A DNA stretch of 60,170 bases from Nanobdellota archaeon (GCA_018816335.1 JAHIVP010000024.1:1-60170), one strand, 5' to 3'. Positions 16,954 through 27,693 are shown, counted from the stretch's first letter. Made by a program: numbers and translations. Notes: generated from the letters alone by a model not told the origin.

Positions 16954-18819
16954 ATGTTTTTTATGATATCTAAAAGAGGACAGGTCGCTATATTCATAAT
17001 TATAGCAATTATTATAGTTGCAGGAGTAATTGTGTATTTTCTTGTAAAAGATAGGACAAGTTATTCTAATATTCCTAGTGAATTTCAGCCTGTTGAAGAT
17101 TATTTTCTAAGTTGTATTGAAGATATAGTAAGAAATGGGAAAGATGTTATGGGGACGCAAGGAGGATATATTGAGCCTCCAAATTTTGACCCGGGTAGTG
17201 ATTTTATGCCTTTTTCATCTCAATTAAATTTTTATGGTTGGCCTGTTCCGTATTGGTATTATAAATCAGGTGTCAATATAATTAAAGAGCAAGTTCCATC
17301 GAAAGATGATATGGAGGAAGAGTTGAATAAATATATTCAAGATAGAGTTGGTGATTGTGATTTTGGAGATTTTGTTGTAGAGGGTTTTATTGTTGAAAGA
17401 GAGGAAGGTGTTAGAGTTCAGACAGATATTGGTGTTAATCAAATTTTTGTTAATTTGAATGCTCCTATTAATGTTAATAGAGGAGAGGAGAGTGTTAGAA
17501 TAGAGGAACATGAAGTTCAGTTAGATACAAAGTTTGGTAAGTTTTATGATTTGGCTGTTGATATTTATGATTATGAGAAAGAGGAAATGTTTTTAGAAAA
17601 TTATGCTGTTGATGTTTTGAGATTGTATGCTCCTGTTGATGGTTTTGAAATTCAGTGTAGTCCGTTGATTTGGGCTTTTAATGAAGTAGTTGATGAGGTT
17701 AAACAAGGGTTGAGTGGAAATATGCAAGCAATTAGATTGACAGGAGATTATTATGATGATTCTCATGATTATTTTGTTCAGGATTTGAGAAGTGATGAGG
17801 CTGTTAGATTTTTGTATGATCCAAGTTGGCCTACTAGAATTGAAGTTTGGCCTTCTGATAGTGGGATTTTAATTGCAGAACCTGTAGGAACTCAAGAAGG
17901 TTTAGGAATTTTAGGATTTTGTTATGTTCCTTATCATTATGTTTATGATTTGAATTATCCTGTTTTAGTTCAAATTTATGATGAAGCAGAATTGTTTCAG
18001 TTTCCTGTTGCTGTTATAATTGATAAGAACAGACCTAGGGAGGCTTTGCCTGCAACAGAAGTTAGAGATGCTACAACTGAATTGTGTAAATATAGAAATT
18101 CTAGAATGGAAGTTTATACTTATGATACTGGATTGAATCCTGTTGAAGCAGATATTAGTTTTAAATGTATTTCTGATAGTTGTTATATTGGAAAGACACA
18201 GATTAGTGGTAGTGATGCTAAGTTATCTGAGAATTTTCCTCAGTGTGTGAATGGACATGTTGTTGCTAAAGCAGAGGGTTATGTAAATAAAAAGCATCAG
18301 GTTTCAACTAATGTTGATGGACAGGTTGTTGATATTGTTTTAGATAAAATATATGATATTGGTCTTAATTTGAAGTTGGATGGGAGAGATTCAGATAGTA
18401 TGGCTGTTATTTATTTTCAATCTGAAGATTATTCTGCAACTGTATCTTGGCCTCAGCAAAGAAGTATAAGTTTAGCTCAAGGAGATTATAATGTAACTGT
18501 TTATGTTTATCAAAATTCTAGTTTGAAATTAGAAGGTTATACAACTGAAAAATGTACTGATGTTCCTAGAGAGGGTTTGTTGGGAATGTTTGGTTTAACA
18601 ACTGAAAAGTGTTTTGATATTTCTGTTCCTGATCAAATAGTTTCAATGAGTTTGTCAGGAGGGGGAAAAACTCAAGAATATATTGTTGATACAAATCTTA
18701 GAGATTATAGTGTTATAGAAATATCTGTAGAGAGTATGCCAAAACCTACAACCCTTGAAGAGCTACAAGATAATTATAATTTGTTTGAATATAAAAGAGT
18801 TTATGTTGAATATAAATAA
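16954..18819 (+). CDS. large extracellular protein with a type IV pilin-like (class III) signal peptide
   Basis: N-terminus MFFMISKRGQ-VAIFIIIAIIIVAGVIVYFLV has KRG(Q) followed by ~20 hydrophobic residues, as in archaeal prepilin-peptidase substrates. The remaining ~590 aa are Cys-containing and acidic. No family recognised. Confidence 0.6.
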   Translation: MFFMISKRGQVAIFIIIAIIIVAGVIVYFLVKDRTSYSNIPSEFQPVEDYFLSCIEDIVRNGKDVMGTQGGYIEPPNFDPGSDFMPFSSQLNFYGWPVPYWYYKSGVNIIKEQVPSKDDMEEELNKYIQDRVGDCDFGDFVVEGFIVEREEGVRVQTDIGVNQIFVNLNAPINVNRGEESVRIEEHEVQLDTKFGKFYDLAVDIYDYEKEEMFLENYAVDVLRLYAPVDGFEIQCSPLIWAFNEVVDEVKQGLSGNMQAIRLTGDYYDDSHDYFVQDLRSDEAVRFLYDPSWPTRIEVWPSDSGILIAEPVGTQEGLGILGFCYVPYHYVYDLNYPVLVQIYDEAELFQFPVAVIIDKNRPREALPATEVRDATTELCKYRNSRMEVYTYDTGLNPVEADISFKCISDSCYIGKTQISGSDAKLSENFPQCVNGHVVAKAEGYVNKKHQVSTNVDGQVVDIVLDKIYDIGLNLKLDGRDSDSMAVIYFQSEDYSATVSWPQQRSISLAQGDYNVTVYVYQNSSLKLEGYTTEKCTDVPREGLLGMFGLTTEKCFDISVPDQIVSMSLSGGGKTQEYIVDTNLRDYSVIEISVESMPKPTTLEELQDNYNLFEYKRVYVEYK

Positions 18820-18820
18820 A

Positions 18821-21800
18821 ATGAAAGATATAAAAATAAATAAGATTGGAATTTTTTTAGTTGGAGCTATGTTTATTTTAACTTTGTGTATGCCTTTTAT
18901 TTTTGCAATTGATAGTTCTTCTACAACAACTTCTACATTTCCTAATAATCCTTCTTCAAGTTCAAGTGTTTCTGGGTTTTCAGGAACTAGTCCTTCATAT
19001 TCTAATTTTCCTGATAATAGTCAGTTTTGGCCGATTTATGGGAATCAAGATACTTGTTATGCTACTCAAGATTTTATTTTGAATATTCCCCTAGGTGGTT
19101 GTAGTCCTGCAATTGTTAGGAGTGATTTATTAGAAGAACAACCTGTTCCTGTTTTTTGTAAAGTTGATGCTTTGAAAATTAATCCTTTTGCTGATATTTC
19201 TATGATTAAGGGTGTGACTTTTTCTGCGAGAAGTTATCCTCCTGAAGTTTCTGGAATTGGGTTTCATCCAATAAGAAGTGCTTTAAGAGTTCAAGATCAG
19301 GTTTTAGATACTCCGTTTTATGGAAGTATTGGTTATTTGGTTGTTACATTAAAAAGAATTCCTGCTGAGAGAGATATGCCTGAGTGGATACAAGTTAATT
19401 TGACTGGAAAGTTAGGGTATGATGTTAGTAGATATGCTGGGCCAGGACAAAATGAATATTATTTGGAATTGTTGACTGAAGATGAATGGAAGCAGAAGTA
19501 TAAAGATAATAATTTATTGAAAGGAAAAGCTTATATTCGAGCTGAGTGGATTGAAAATGATGAAGCTGAGATTGGATTGTATGATGAGAATTTACAGCAA
19601 GTTCAAAAAGTTAAGTTGAAACAAGGACAGACTTCTGATGATATTTATATGCCTGGATTTTATTGTAAAGTTGGTTTGAGAATTACATTGAGTGCTATGA
19701 CTTATGCTGATAGAGAAGCAAAGTTAGAAATTGATAATAATATTCAGTGGGTAAGAGTTGGAACAAGATTTTTAGATGATAGATGTAGGGTTTTGGGAAT
19801 TGATGTTGCTAATAAAAAAGTTAGAATTGAGTGTGCTCCTCCTAGAAAATCTTTTGAATTGAAATTGAAAGGTTCAAGTGGAACTGAGATTAATAATGGA
19901 ATTAATAATATTAATGTTAATGTAGGTGAGGTTGTTAATCCTAGTGAGCAAGATGTTACTAAGAGATATTGGTCTGTTTATTCAGGAAGTGTTCCTAAAA
20001 ATTTAGATGCAACAGAAGAGAAGTTTTTGATATTAGTTAAAAATGTTTCTTCAAGTCATATTGAAAATTTAAGAGTTAAACAATCTACTTTGAGTGCTAT
20101 AACTACTAAAATTGAGAGAATTAGTGCGAAGACTCAACAAGAATATTTGAATAAACTTTTAGAGATAAAAGATGTTTTTGGAAATAATTTTGATGTTAAT
20201 AATATTAAACTTTTAAAAGTAGGTGAGAAGGATTCTGAGTCTGGATTTATTTATAATAAACCAACTTCTGGTCCTGATAAAGATTTTTCAGGTGGAAGTA
20301 ATCCTAATGCTGGTAGAATTTTGAATGAGTATTATAATGAAGCAAAAGCAACAGCTGAGAATTTAGATCAGATGTATGGTGGAGAGGCTTGTGTTGAAGG
20401 AAAATGTGGGGAAGTTGGTTTGAGAGAGTTAGTTCAGTTGTCAGGAGCTATTGGAAAACAATATACTAGAAATCAGATTAATCAGAGATTAGGTGAAGGA
20501 TATAATGTTGGTTTAGCAAATGATAATGTTGATACTAGTGATGCTTCGATTCAATTTGAACTTGATGGGAGATTTCATACTGTTAGATTGTTAGATGTTA
20601 AAGATAGTGCTCAGTCTGGGAATTATGGGGATTTTACAATTGTTGAAGGTGGAACAAGTAAACCAAAGAGGATTGGAATTGGGCAGTATATTGATAATCA
20701 AGCATTGATTAAATTAATTGATTTGAAAGATGATAGAGCTACTTTTGAATATTTTGAAAAAGATCAGAATAGTAATGATATTAGGAAGACTTCTGTTGTT
20801 CAGTTATATTCAACTGTTAATATTTTAGGAAATGTTATAACTTTTAATGATGTTAAGTTGAAGAAGGTTGCTAAGGTTAGTGTGAATACAAATTCTCCTG
20901 CTGGTTTTACAGATACTAATTTTACTTTTAAGATTGCTATTGAGAAAAGAGCAATTGAGTTGTCTCCTAATAAGACAAGTAAGTTGATTGATAAGATTAA
21001 TAAGACAGTTCAAAAGTTGGAAGATATTAGTGAGAAATTAGGAGAGGTTGTTAAGGTTATGAAGTTAGCTTGTTTTGCAACATCTACGATTCTAACTGTT
21101 AAGACATTTTTTGAAAATTTAGGTGGAAGAGGAATGGCTAGACAAAAAGTTATGGGTTATTGGTATGATAATTGTGAGCAAGAGTCTCAGGGAGATAAGA
21201 ATTTATTTAATGCTTGTTTGAAAAATAATAATGCTCAGATTGAAGGAGATATTAATAATTATGCTGGGAATTTGCAGTCTGTTAATAATAATTTACAAAA
21301 TATTCAGAATAATAATTTGAATCCTGCTAATGGAGCTGTTGATGGGTCTAAGGCTTTGGCTGCGTATAAGATTTATATGAATAAATATGTTGGAACTACA
21401 ACATTTACTACTGAGAGTGGGAAGACAGTTTCTGTTACTGCTGATATGATTAATAGTGCTGGAACATTGCAAGAATTAAGAGATTTAGAATTAGCTGCTT
21501 TGAATTCTAAAGCTGGAGCAAGCACTGGAAAAGCAGGGAATAATGAAGGCTATGGTGTTGCAAATAGATTGCAGCAAAGAGTTGCTATTGATAATTCTAA
21601 TCAAAATGCTCAGTCAATATTTGGAAATGGGATTAGTGTTGATTTAGATTATAGTGCTAATGGAACTGTTATTAGAGGTTATCATGGGCAGAGTTGGAAG
21701 AATTTTAGAGATGCTGGATTTTCTATTTCTGGAAATGATGGAACTGTTAAAGATGAGACTCCTGCTCAAGCATTGACTGTTGGAGGTCTTTCTTATATTG

Positions 21801-24800
21801 CTATTTTAGGAAAAAGAATTTCTGGTGTTGGAAGTTATAATGCTGTTTCTTGGTATGAAGTTGGAAGTGGTAAATCATTAACTGCTCCTCTTAGTAGAGA
21901 AGAGGTAGATAGAAGGGGATTGAGTAGTATTCAGTTTGCTCGAAGAGATCCTAGTGCTTTGGTTAATCCGTGGAGAAATCCAACAGTAAGATTTTATGAT
22001 TCTGGGAATTTTAAGGGATTGCCTGCTGTTGTTCCTTTAGGAAGGAGATTAGGAGAACAAGAAGGTTGGTATGTTGCTACTATGCCTTTTAGTATTGAGA
22101 ATAAAAATACAAAGGCTTATACTGATGCTGGACAGATGAGGAATTTTTATATTTGTAATGTTGGAGCAAATGGTTTAGAGGAATTTGAAAGTTCTTTAAG
22201 AGATGATCAGTGTCAGTTTATTAATTTAGATATTAGAAAACCTGATAATGTTTTGGGATTGCCTGTTCAGAAATCTAATGAGTTGGTTGATAAATCTGAG
22301 AAAGCTTTGCGTCAGGCTGCTGAAGGTTTTGCTAATATAAAACCTGGTGAAGATGCTTATATAACTATTTTAGATGGAAGATATAAAGTTGGGAAGCCTG
22401 GAAGAAAGAAGGGAGGAAGGTGTCAGGATTTTATGTCTCCTCAAGATTGTTATATTTTGTTTAATGTTTGTGATCCTGTTATTTGTCCTCCATCAAGATG
22501 TGATATGGGTGGGGCTTATCCTGTAGATGATGTTATTCAGACAGGAATTGTTGGGAGTATTGCTTTATGTTTACCAAATATTAAAGAGGGAATTATGGTT
22601 CCTGTTTGTATTTCTGGTATTCATGCTGGTATAGAAGGTTTGACAAGTATTTTGAGGGCAACTAGAGATTGTATGGTTGAGAGTTTGAAGACAGGACAGA
22701 ATATTGGGATATGTGATGAGATTCAATCAATTTATCTTTGTGAGTTTTTATGGAGACAGTTAACTCCAATTATGAATATGTTGATTCCTGCGATGATTGA
22801 AAGTACTTATGGGCAGGGGACAAGGGGAGGAGGGGAATATTTGACTGTTCAGAATGCATGGCAAAATGTCGAGGGTTCAATTGATTATATGACTAACCAA
22901 TATGCTGTAAATGCTTTTAATGCTTTCAAAGCTCGAAGTACTGATGATGTTGGTGGAGAAATATGTAAGATGTTTATATCAGCAAGATATCCTTCTAATA
23001 AAGATTTTTTTGATGCTTTGCTTGAGCCAGAGAGTCCTCATCAATTTTCTGCTTGGTTCCATGAGATTCCTTATAGTGAGGCAACAACTCCTGCAACTTC
23101 ACAATATAAAGTTTATTATCATATTTATGCTGGAAAAAATAGAGGTGTTTATTATTCTGTTTATTTAAGAGATCCTCCTGAATCAAGTCAGTATAATGTT
23201 CAGCCTATGATTGTGGTTGATACTGGATTTATTGGAGTTGGACAGTATGCTGATCAGGCTAAAGATTTTACAGCTCCTAAAGGATATAAGCAATTGTGTG
23301 TTAGAATAGATAATAAGGAAGAGTGTGGGTTTAAGCAAGTTTCAAGTGATTTTGCTTTGAATATTATTAAAGATACTTATGCTAGTGAGCAAGCGACTCA
23401 GAGGGCGACTTCAACTCAGACTTGTGTTGGTGGGACAGCAAGTATTTATGCGTTTTCTTCTTTAAATATTCAGGAAGGAGCACAAGAAGCTTTGAATCCT
23501 GAAATGGGGAAGAGAGGAATTGTTAGGGTTTGTGCAACTGATAATCCTGGGAAATCTACTAATGCTGCTAGATGGACTGATGTTGGTGTTTGTGATGAAC
23601 CTGATATGAAGTGTTGGCTTGATACAGATTCTGTTAAAAATGCTATCACAGCTAGGAATATAGAGAACCAGACTTTGCAAGCTGCTGGATTTAATGTAAC
23701 TCAATATTTTGATTCAACCGGAGTTTATACTCCTCAATATACAAATAGTATGTTGGTTAATTTGAAAATTAAACTTGCTGAAATTAATTTTAATTCAGCT
23801 TATGGTGAGAGATTAGTTAATGAAGGTGGGACAAGTGCTGCTGGTTATTCAGAAACTGAGTTTGGAAGATTGATTAGAGATATTAAGGACTTACAAGAAA
23901 GAGCTCATAATAATAATTATAAGGCTCGGGCAATGTTGTTAGAGTTCCAGGCATATGAGAGAGCTGTTAGAGCTGTTTATTTGAAATATTTTGGTAAAGA
24001 GCATGATGTTGAACATGCTCCTGTTACTTCTGGGGATTCTGCAACTGAGGGGGTCTATGGGTTGAGATCAGAAGATTTTAATGCTGGAGAGCAGAGAGTT
24101 ATTGCTGGAATAAAAATATATTCTGGAGAAGTGTATACTGGTATTTTTATTGTTAGACATGTAAATGAGGAGATTATATATATTACTGATGGTAATTTGC
24201 CTAGAAGTATTGGGAGAGTTATAAATGGTGTATTGGACATTAATATTAATCAAATTCCTGAAAGTAAAATTAATATTAAAAAATATGCTGCAGCAGTTGA
24301 TAATGCTAGAGTAGATTTAAATGTATTAAGTATTGTCTTGGCTGCTTCGAGTAGTTCAAGTGGTGGAAGTTCGACATCAAGTACATCAACAAGTGGAACA
24401 GGAACTCAAACTCCTGAGAATATAATTAAAAGTTTTAATAGGTATCCTTATTTTGATAGTTATAAAAGATTTCTTGTTAATTTAGGAAACGATGAAAATG
24501 GAAATGTTGTTGGAGTTTATGCTTTGGATTCAAGTAGAAATTTGGTTTGGAGTTCTGATGGAAGTGATTTTACAAGTGTTGAAGCTGATATTGCTAATGG
24601 TGATGCTTGGAAGACTCAGTTGAAAGGAGAGTTACTTGATTTGTTTAATAGACAGTTGACTTTGATTCCTAGTGAGATTTTAGTTGGAGATGAATTAATA
24701 GATAAGAATGGAGTATTTTATGTTGTTGATGTTGCTAGAGAGATTGAGGGAACTGTGGGAAGAGTTTTTTTTATACATAAGTTTGATGATAGTAGTAAAA

Positions 24801-24874
24801 CAATTACTTTTAGGTGGGAAGAAGAAGTTGGAATTGATGAATTGTCTCAGATATATGCTAAGAAGATGAATTGA
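18821..24874 (+). CDS. giant secreted Cys-rich protein (~2017 aa)
   Basis: The ATG at 18821 follows the upstream stop by one nt. Signal peptide MKDIKINKIGIFLVGAMFILTLCMPFIFA, Ser/Thr-rich linkers (SSSTTTS; SSSSSGGSSTSSTSTSGTGT), and a Cys-dense segment CQDFMSPQDCYILFNVCDPVICPPSRCD. The tracked 18755 start is a TTG extension. Confidence 0.7.
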   Translation: MKDIKINKIGIFLVGAMFILTLCMPFIFAIDSSSTTTSTFPNNPSSSSSVSGFSGTSPSYSNFPDNSQFWPIYGNQDTCYATQDFILNIPLGGCSPAIVRSDLLEEQPVPVFCKVDALKINPFADISMIKGVTFSARSYPPEVSGIGFHPIRSALRVQDQVLDTPFYGSIGYLVVTLKRIPAERDMPEWIQVNLTGKLGYDVSRYAGPGQNEYYLELLTEDEWKQKYKDNNLLKGKAYIRAEWIENDEAEIGLYDENLQQVQKVKLKQGQTSDDIYMPGFYCKVGLRITLSAMTYADREAKLEIDNNIQWVRVGTRFLDDRCRVLGIDVANKKVRIECAPPRKSFELKLKGSSGTEINNGINNINVNVGEVVNPSEQDVTKRYWSVYSGSVPKNLDATEEKFLILVKNVSSSHIENLRVKQSTLSAITTKIERISAKTQQEYLNKLLEIKDVFGNNFDVNNIKLLKVGEKDSESGFIYNKPTSGPDKDFSGGSNPNAGRILNEYYNEAKATAENLDQMYGGEACVEGKCGEVGLRELVQLSGAIGKQYTRNQINQRLGEGYNVGLANDNVDTSDASIQFELDGRFHTVRLLDVKDSAQSGNYGDFTIVEGGTSKPKRIGIGQYIDNQALIKLIDLKDDRATFEYFEKDQNSNDIRKTSVVQLYSTVNILGNVITFNDVKLKKVAKVSVNTNSPAGFTDTNFTFKIAIEKRAIELSPNKTSKLIDKINKTVQKLEDISEKLGEVVKVMKLACFATSTILTVKTFFENLGGRGMARQKVMGYWYDNCEQESQGDKNLFNACLKNNNAQIEGDINNYAGNLQSVNNNLQNIQNNNLNPANGAVDGSKALAAYKIYMNKYVGTTTFTTESGKTVSVTADMINSAGTLQELRDLELAALNSKAGASTGKAGNNEGYGVANRLQQRVAIDNSNQNAQSIFGNGISVDLDYSANGTVIRGYHGQSWKNFRDAGFSISGNDGTVKDETPAQALTVGGLSYIAILGKRISGVGSYNAVSWYEVGSGKSLTAPLSREEVDRRGLSSIQFARRDPSALVNPWRNPTVRFYDSGNFKGLPAVVPLGRRLGEQEGWYVATMPFSIENKNTKAYTDAGQMRNFYICNVGANGLEEFESSLRDDQCQFINLDIRKPDNVLGLPVQKSNELVDKSEKALRQAAEGFANIKPGEDAYITILDGRYKVGKPGRKKGGRCQDFMSPQDCYILFNVCDPVICPPSRCDMGGAYPVDDVIQTGIVGSIALCLPNIKEGIMVPVCISGIHAGIEGLTSILRATRDCMVESLKTGQNIGICDEIQSIYLCEFLWRQLTPIMNMLIPAMIESTYGQGTRGGGEYLTVQNAWQNVEGSIDYMTNQYAVNAFNAFKARSTDDVGGEICKMFISARYPSNKDFFDALLEPESPHQFSAWFHEIPYSEATTPATSQYKVYYHIYAGKNRGVYYSVYLRDPPESSQYNVQPMIVVDTGFIGVGQYADQAKDFTAPKGYKQLCVRIDNKEECGFKQVSSDFALNIIKDTYASEQATQRATSTQTCVGGTASIYAFSSLNIQEGAQEALNPEMGKRGIVRVCATDNPGKSTNAARWTDVGVCDEPDMKCWLDTDSVKNAITARNIENQTLQAAGFNVTQYFDSTGVYTPQYTNSMLVNLKIKLAEINFNSAYGERLVNEGGTSAAGYSETEFGRLIRDIKDLQERAHNNNYKARAMLLEFQAYERAVRAVYLKYFGKEHDVEHAPVTSGDSATEGVYGLRSEDFNAGEQRVIAGIKIYSGEVYTGIFIVRHVNEEIIYITDGNLPRSIGRVINGVLDININQIPESKINIKKYAAAVDNARVDLNVLSIVLAASSSSSGGSSTSSTSTSGTGTQTPENIIKSFNRYPYFDSYKRFLVNLGNDENGNVVGVYALDSSRNLVWSSDGSDFTSVEADIANGDAWKTQLKGELLDLFNRQLTLIPSEILVGDELIDKNGVFYVVDVAREIEGTVGRVFFIHKFDDSSKTITFRWEEEVGIDELSQIYAKKMN

Positions 24875-24885
24875 TTTTTGAAGAA

Positions 24886-25020
24886 TGCGGGGAGAAAGAT
24901 GCTCGAGACCCCGCTCGCCTTTTCGTGCTTTGTTATCCCACCAAGAATACCACTCGCGAAATCTCTCGTCGAACCCTTGGTTCTTATCCAAATATAAAAT
25001 CCTATCTTTGATAGGAGGTA
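24886..25020 (-). repeat. tRNA-Leu trailer: GCE-related insert ending in a 15-nt copy of the tRNA 3' end
   Basis: tgcggggagaaagat occurs at 25021-25035 (the tRNA 3' end on the - strand) and again at 24886-24900. The interior (- strand) gggttcgacgagagatttcgcgagtggt...aaaaggcgagcggggtctcgagca aligns with the tRNA-Gln trailer. Confidence 0.75.
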
Positions 25021-25104
25021 TGCGGGGAGAAAGATTTGAACTCTCGTAGGCACTAAGCCACTAGGTCCTAAGCCTAGCCCGTTTGACCGCTCCGGCATCC
25101 CCGC
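25021..25104 (-). tRNA. tRNA-Leu (anticodon TAG), long variable arm
   Basis: Reverse complement gcggggatgccggagcggtcaaacgggctaggcttaggacctagtggcttagtgcctacgagagttcaaatctttctccccgca. Anticodon stem CTAGG/CCTAG, loop CTTAGGA. Confidence 0.85.
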
Positions 25105-25150
25105 TTAAGAATAGTAGATATATTTGTTTTATAAGGGTTTTGATTTAGAA

Positions 25151-26086
25151 TTATTTAGATTTCTTTTTAGATTTTTCTTCAGCTTCCTTTATCTTAATTT
25201 TGTCTGTTAGGTGTAGTCTTTCAATTAATTCTTTGTATCTATTTCTAATTGTAACCTCTGTTATTCCTGCTACATCTGCAACTTCTCTTTGAGTTTTTTT
25301 CTCGTCGTTAATTAAAGCTGCAACATATAAAGCAGCTGCTGCAATTCCTGCTGGACCACGACCTGAAGTTAATTCAGAGATATCTGCTTTTTTTAGGATT
25401 TTAATTGCTTCGTTTTGTGTTTTTGGAGAGAGATGTAATATTGAAGCAAATCTAGAGATATAATCTTTAGGAGATGAAGGAGTTACTTTAATTTGTAGTT
25501 TTCTCATTATGAATCTGTATGTTCTTCCGATTTCTTTTCTTTCTACATCTGAAGCATTTGCAATTTCATCTAGTGTTCTTGGGATGTCATATGATCTGCA
25601 AGCTGCATAAATACAAGCTGCGATTACTGATTCCATACTTCTTCCTCTAACTAAACCTCTTTGTAATACAAAGTTGTATATTCTTGAAGCTTCATCACGA
25701 ACAACTGAGGGTAGGCTTAGGAATGCTGCAACTCTTCTTAGTTCTGCCATTGCTAATCTTAAATTTCTTTCAATAGATGTTGATACTCTTTCTTGCCATT
25801 TTTTTAATCTTAAGAATTTTCTTGTTTGTCCTGCATCTAATTTATAGATATCTGAAATTTCTCCAACATTTGTTGTTAATCCTTTGTCGAATTTTTGCAT
25901 GCTCATTGGAGCTCCGCCTCTACCTTTTTTTTCTTTAGAATCTGATTGAGAATGAAGCTCTTGGCCTGTGTCTACCATTTTTTCTTCAATAACTAGACCA
26001 CATTCACCACAAATTACTTCTCCTCTTTGTTCATCATAAACTAGATGTGTAGAACCACATTCTGGACATGATTTTTTATTTGCCAT
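25151..26086 (-). CDS. tfb: transcription initiation factor TFB (TFIIB homologue)
   Basis: N-terminal zinc ribbon CPECGS...CGECG, B-linker, and two cyclin-fold repeats (..RGRSMESVIAACIYAACR.., ..GRGPAGIAAAALYVAA..). Confidence 0.95.
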   Translation of the reverse strand: MANKKSCPECGSTHLVYDEQRGEVICGECGLVIEEKMVDTGQELHSQSDSKEKKGRGGAPMSMQKFDKGLTTNVGEISDIYKLDAGQTRKFLRLKKWQERVSTSIERNLRLAMAELRRVAAFLSLPSVVRDEASRIYNFVLQRGLVRGRSMESVIAACIYAACRSYDIPRTLDEIANASDVERKEIGRTYRFIMRKLQIKVTPSSPKDYISRFASILHLSPKTQNEAIKILKKADISELTSGRGPAGIAAAALYVAALINDEKKTQREVADVAGITEVTIRNRYKELIERLHLTDKIKIKEAEEKSKKKSK

Positions 26087-26207
26087 TTTAGAATTTACGA
26101 TTTAAATTTAAGACCATCGTAAGGTTTTTAAAGTTTTTGGTTATATAAAGGTTTCTATTATCTTAGACTATAATAATCTTTTTATACTTTATGTTTGTTT
26201 GTGAATT

Positions 26208-26810
26208 ATGAATAATCAATATGTTGATGATTTGTTGCGAGGTGTTGAAGGGCATCAAGGGGGAATAACTGTTAGTCCTGATGAAATGGGTAGAATTGGA
26301 AAAGCATTATTAGGTTTTCAGTTTCCACGTAATTATGGTTTTAGTGTTTCTTTACCTCCTTCTCGTGATTTTCGTGTTGGTCCAAAAGGTTCTGGACAGA
26401 TAGAACATGGGACATTATATTTCCGAAGAATTTTATTTAATAGAAATTCTGGATTGTGGAGAAAGGAATGTGCTTTTATGAGGGGGTTGAGGGGAATTAC
26501 AGAAGCTGCTGGTTTTTATGATTCTGATTATATGGTTAATAGGATGATGGTTAATCCTGGGGTGAGACAAGCTATTGAGGATTCATCTTCTGATGTTTCT
26601 ATGCTAGGGGTTTTTAGGCTTGTTGATTGGAGAGATCAGAAAAGTGAGGGAGTTGAACTAGAACCGTTTTTAGCGATTCCTGGAGCTGATCCAACAGTTG
26701 TAAGAGAATGGGAAAAGAAGTATTATAGATTTTGGGGTAAAGGAAGAGGTTTAGGAGTGTTGTCTTCAATAAAAGCTGTGAAAGCAGAAAGAATGTTTGC
26801 TACTGTTTAA
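26208..26810 (+). CDS. Lys-poor orphan protein G (200 aa)
   Basis: ATG ORF between TFB and S8e, both on the - strand. TATA-like ggttatataaagg lies upstream. The 3' end overlaps the S8e stop by 11 nt. Confidence 0.65.
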   Translation: MNNQYVDDLLRGVEGHQGGITVSPDEMGRIGKALLGFQFPRNYGFSVSLPPSRDFRVGPKGSGQIEHGTLYFRRILFNRNSGLWRKECAFMRGLRGITEAAGFYDSDYMVNRMMVNPGVRQAIEDSSSDVSMLGVFRLVDWRDQKSEGVELEPFLAIPGADPTVVREWEKKYYRFWGKGRGLGVLSSIKAVKAERMFATV

Positions 26811-27183
26811 TTTCTTTTTCTATAACTAAAATAGCATTAATTGAGCCTTCTTGAGATGGACGGTTTGTAATTTTAGCTTTTCCTGCTTCTGTTTCAATTA
26901 TTGCTCCTTTTTGTAGGATGTTTTGTCTTGCTAAGAAACGATTTTGAGGAGTTTCTAAAACGTTTTTTATTTTTGTCTTTGTTGTTTTTTTAGTTGTTTG
27001 ATTTGTTATGTTCACAATATTTGTAGTTAGTAGAATTGTTCTTTTTTTTCCACCTCTTGCTCTGAGTTTCTTATTTTTTGTTGCACTAAGTTTGACTGTT
27101 CTTTTTTGTCTTATTCTTTCATGTTTTCTTGTTTTTCTAATCTTGTGGTATTTCCCACCTGAGATTTTTCTTCCTTTATTCAT
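26800..27183 (-). CDS. rps8e: ribosomal protein S8e
   Basis: MNKGRKISGGKYHKIRKTRKHE...RARGG..K matches the eS8 pattern. Confidence 0.85.
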   Translation of the reverse strand: MNKGRKISGGKYHKIRKTRKHERIRQKRTVKLSATKNKKLRARGGKKRTILLTTNIVNITNQTTKKTTKTKIKNVLETPQNRFLARQNILQKGAIIETEAGKAKITNRPSQEGSINAILVIEKEIKQ

Positions 27184-27261
27184 AATTTGATTAGATAATT
27201 TTGGTTTTTAAATCTTGGGGTTTATAGTAAGTTTTATAAACTAAACTGAAGGAGATAGATT

Positions 27262-27513
27262 ATGGTTAATGGAATTGAAAGACCTCTGGACCTTTTGAAT
27301 CAATCGAAGGGTAAAGAGATTTTGGTGCAGTTGAAAAGTGGAAATCAACTTGTTGGAACTTTGTTAGCATTTGACATACACATCAATGTTGTGTTAGATA
27401 ATGCAAAGGAAATGCAAGACGGAGAAATGAAAAGAAGTATTGGTTTGTCTTTTTTGAGAGGAGATACGATAATTTTTATTTCGCCTGCATCTGTGTCTAC
27501 TGATAAGAAATAA
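27262..27513 (+). CDS. archaeal Sm-like (LSm) protein
   Basis: Sm1/Sm2 motifs: PLDLLNQSKGKEILVQLKSGNQLVGTLLAFDIHINVVLDNA....IGLSFLRGDTIIFI. Confidence 0.85.
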   Translation: MVNGIERPLDLLNQSKGKEILVQLKSGNQLVGTLLAFDIHINVVLDNAKEMQDGEMKRSIGLSFLRGDTIIFISPASVSTDKK

Positions 27514-27596
27514 TAACAAGCGTTTCTGTGTTGATTTTCGCTGCAGAGTGTTCTTGTTTTTTAGGGTTAGTGGGAACTTCGGAAGATTTACAATAA

Positions 27597-27644
27597 TTTT
27601 TCCTACACAATAAACCCTCCCTCCCACCCTTTATTGTAGGAAAA
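27597..27644 (+). repeat. PAL-C palindrome
   Basis: ttttcctacacaataaa-CCCTCCCTCCCACCCT-ttattgtaggaaaa, between the convergent Sm and RNase Z genes. Confidence 0.8.
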
Positions 27645-27693
27645 AATTAACTCTAAAATTATTTTTTAATAGAAAATTTTTATGTACTTAGAA

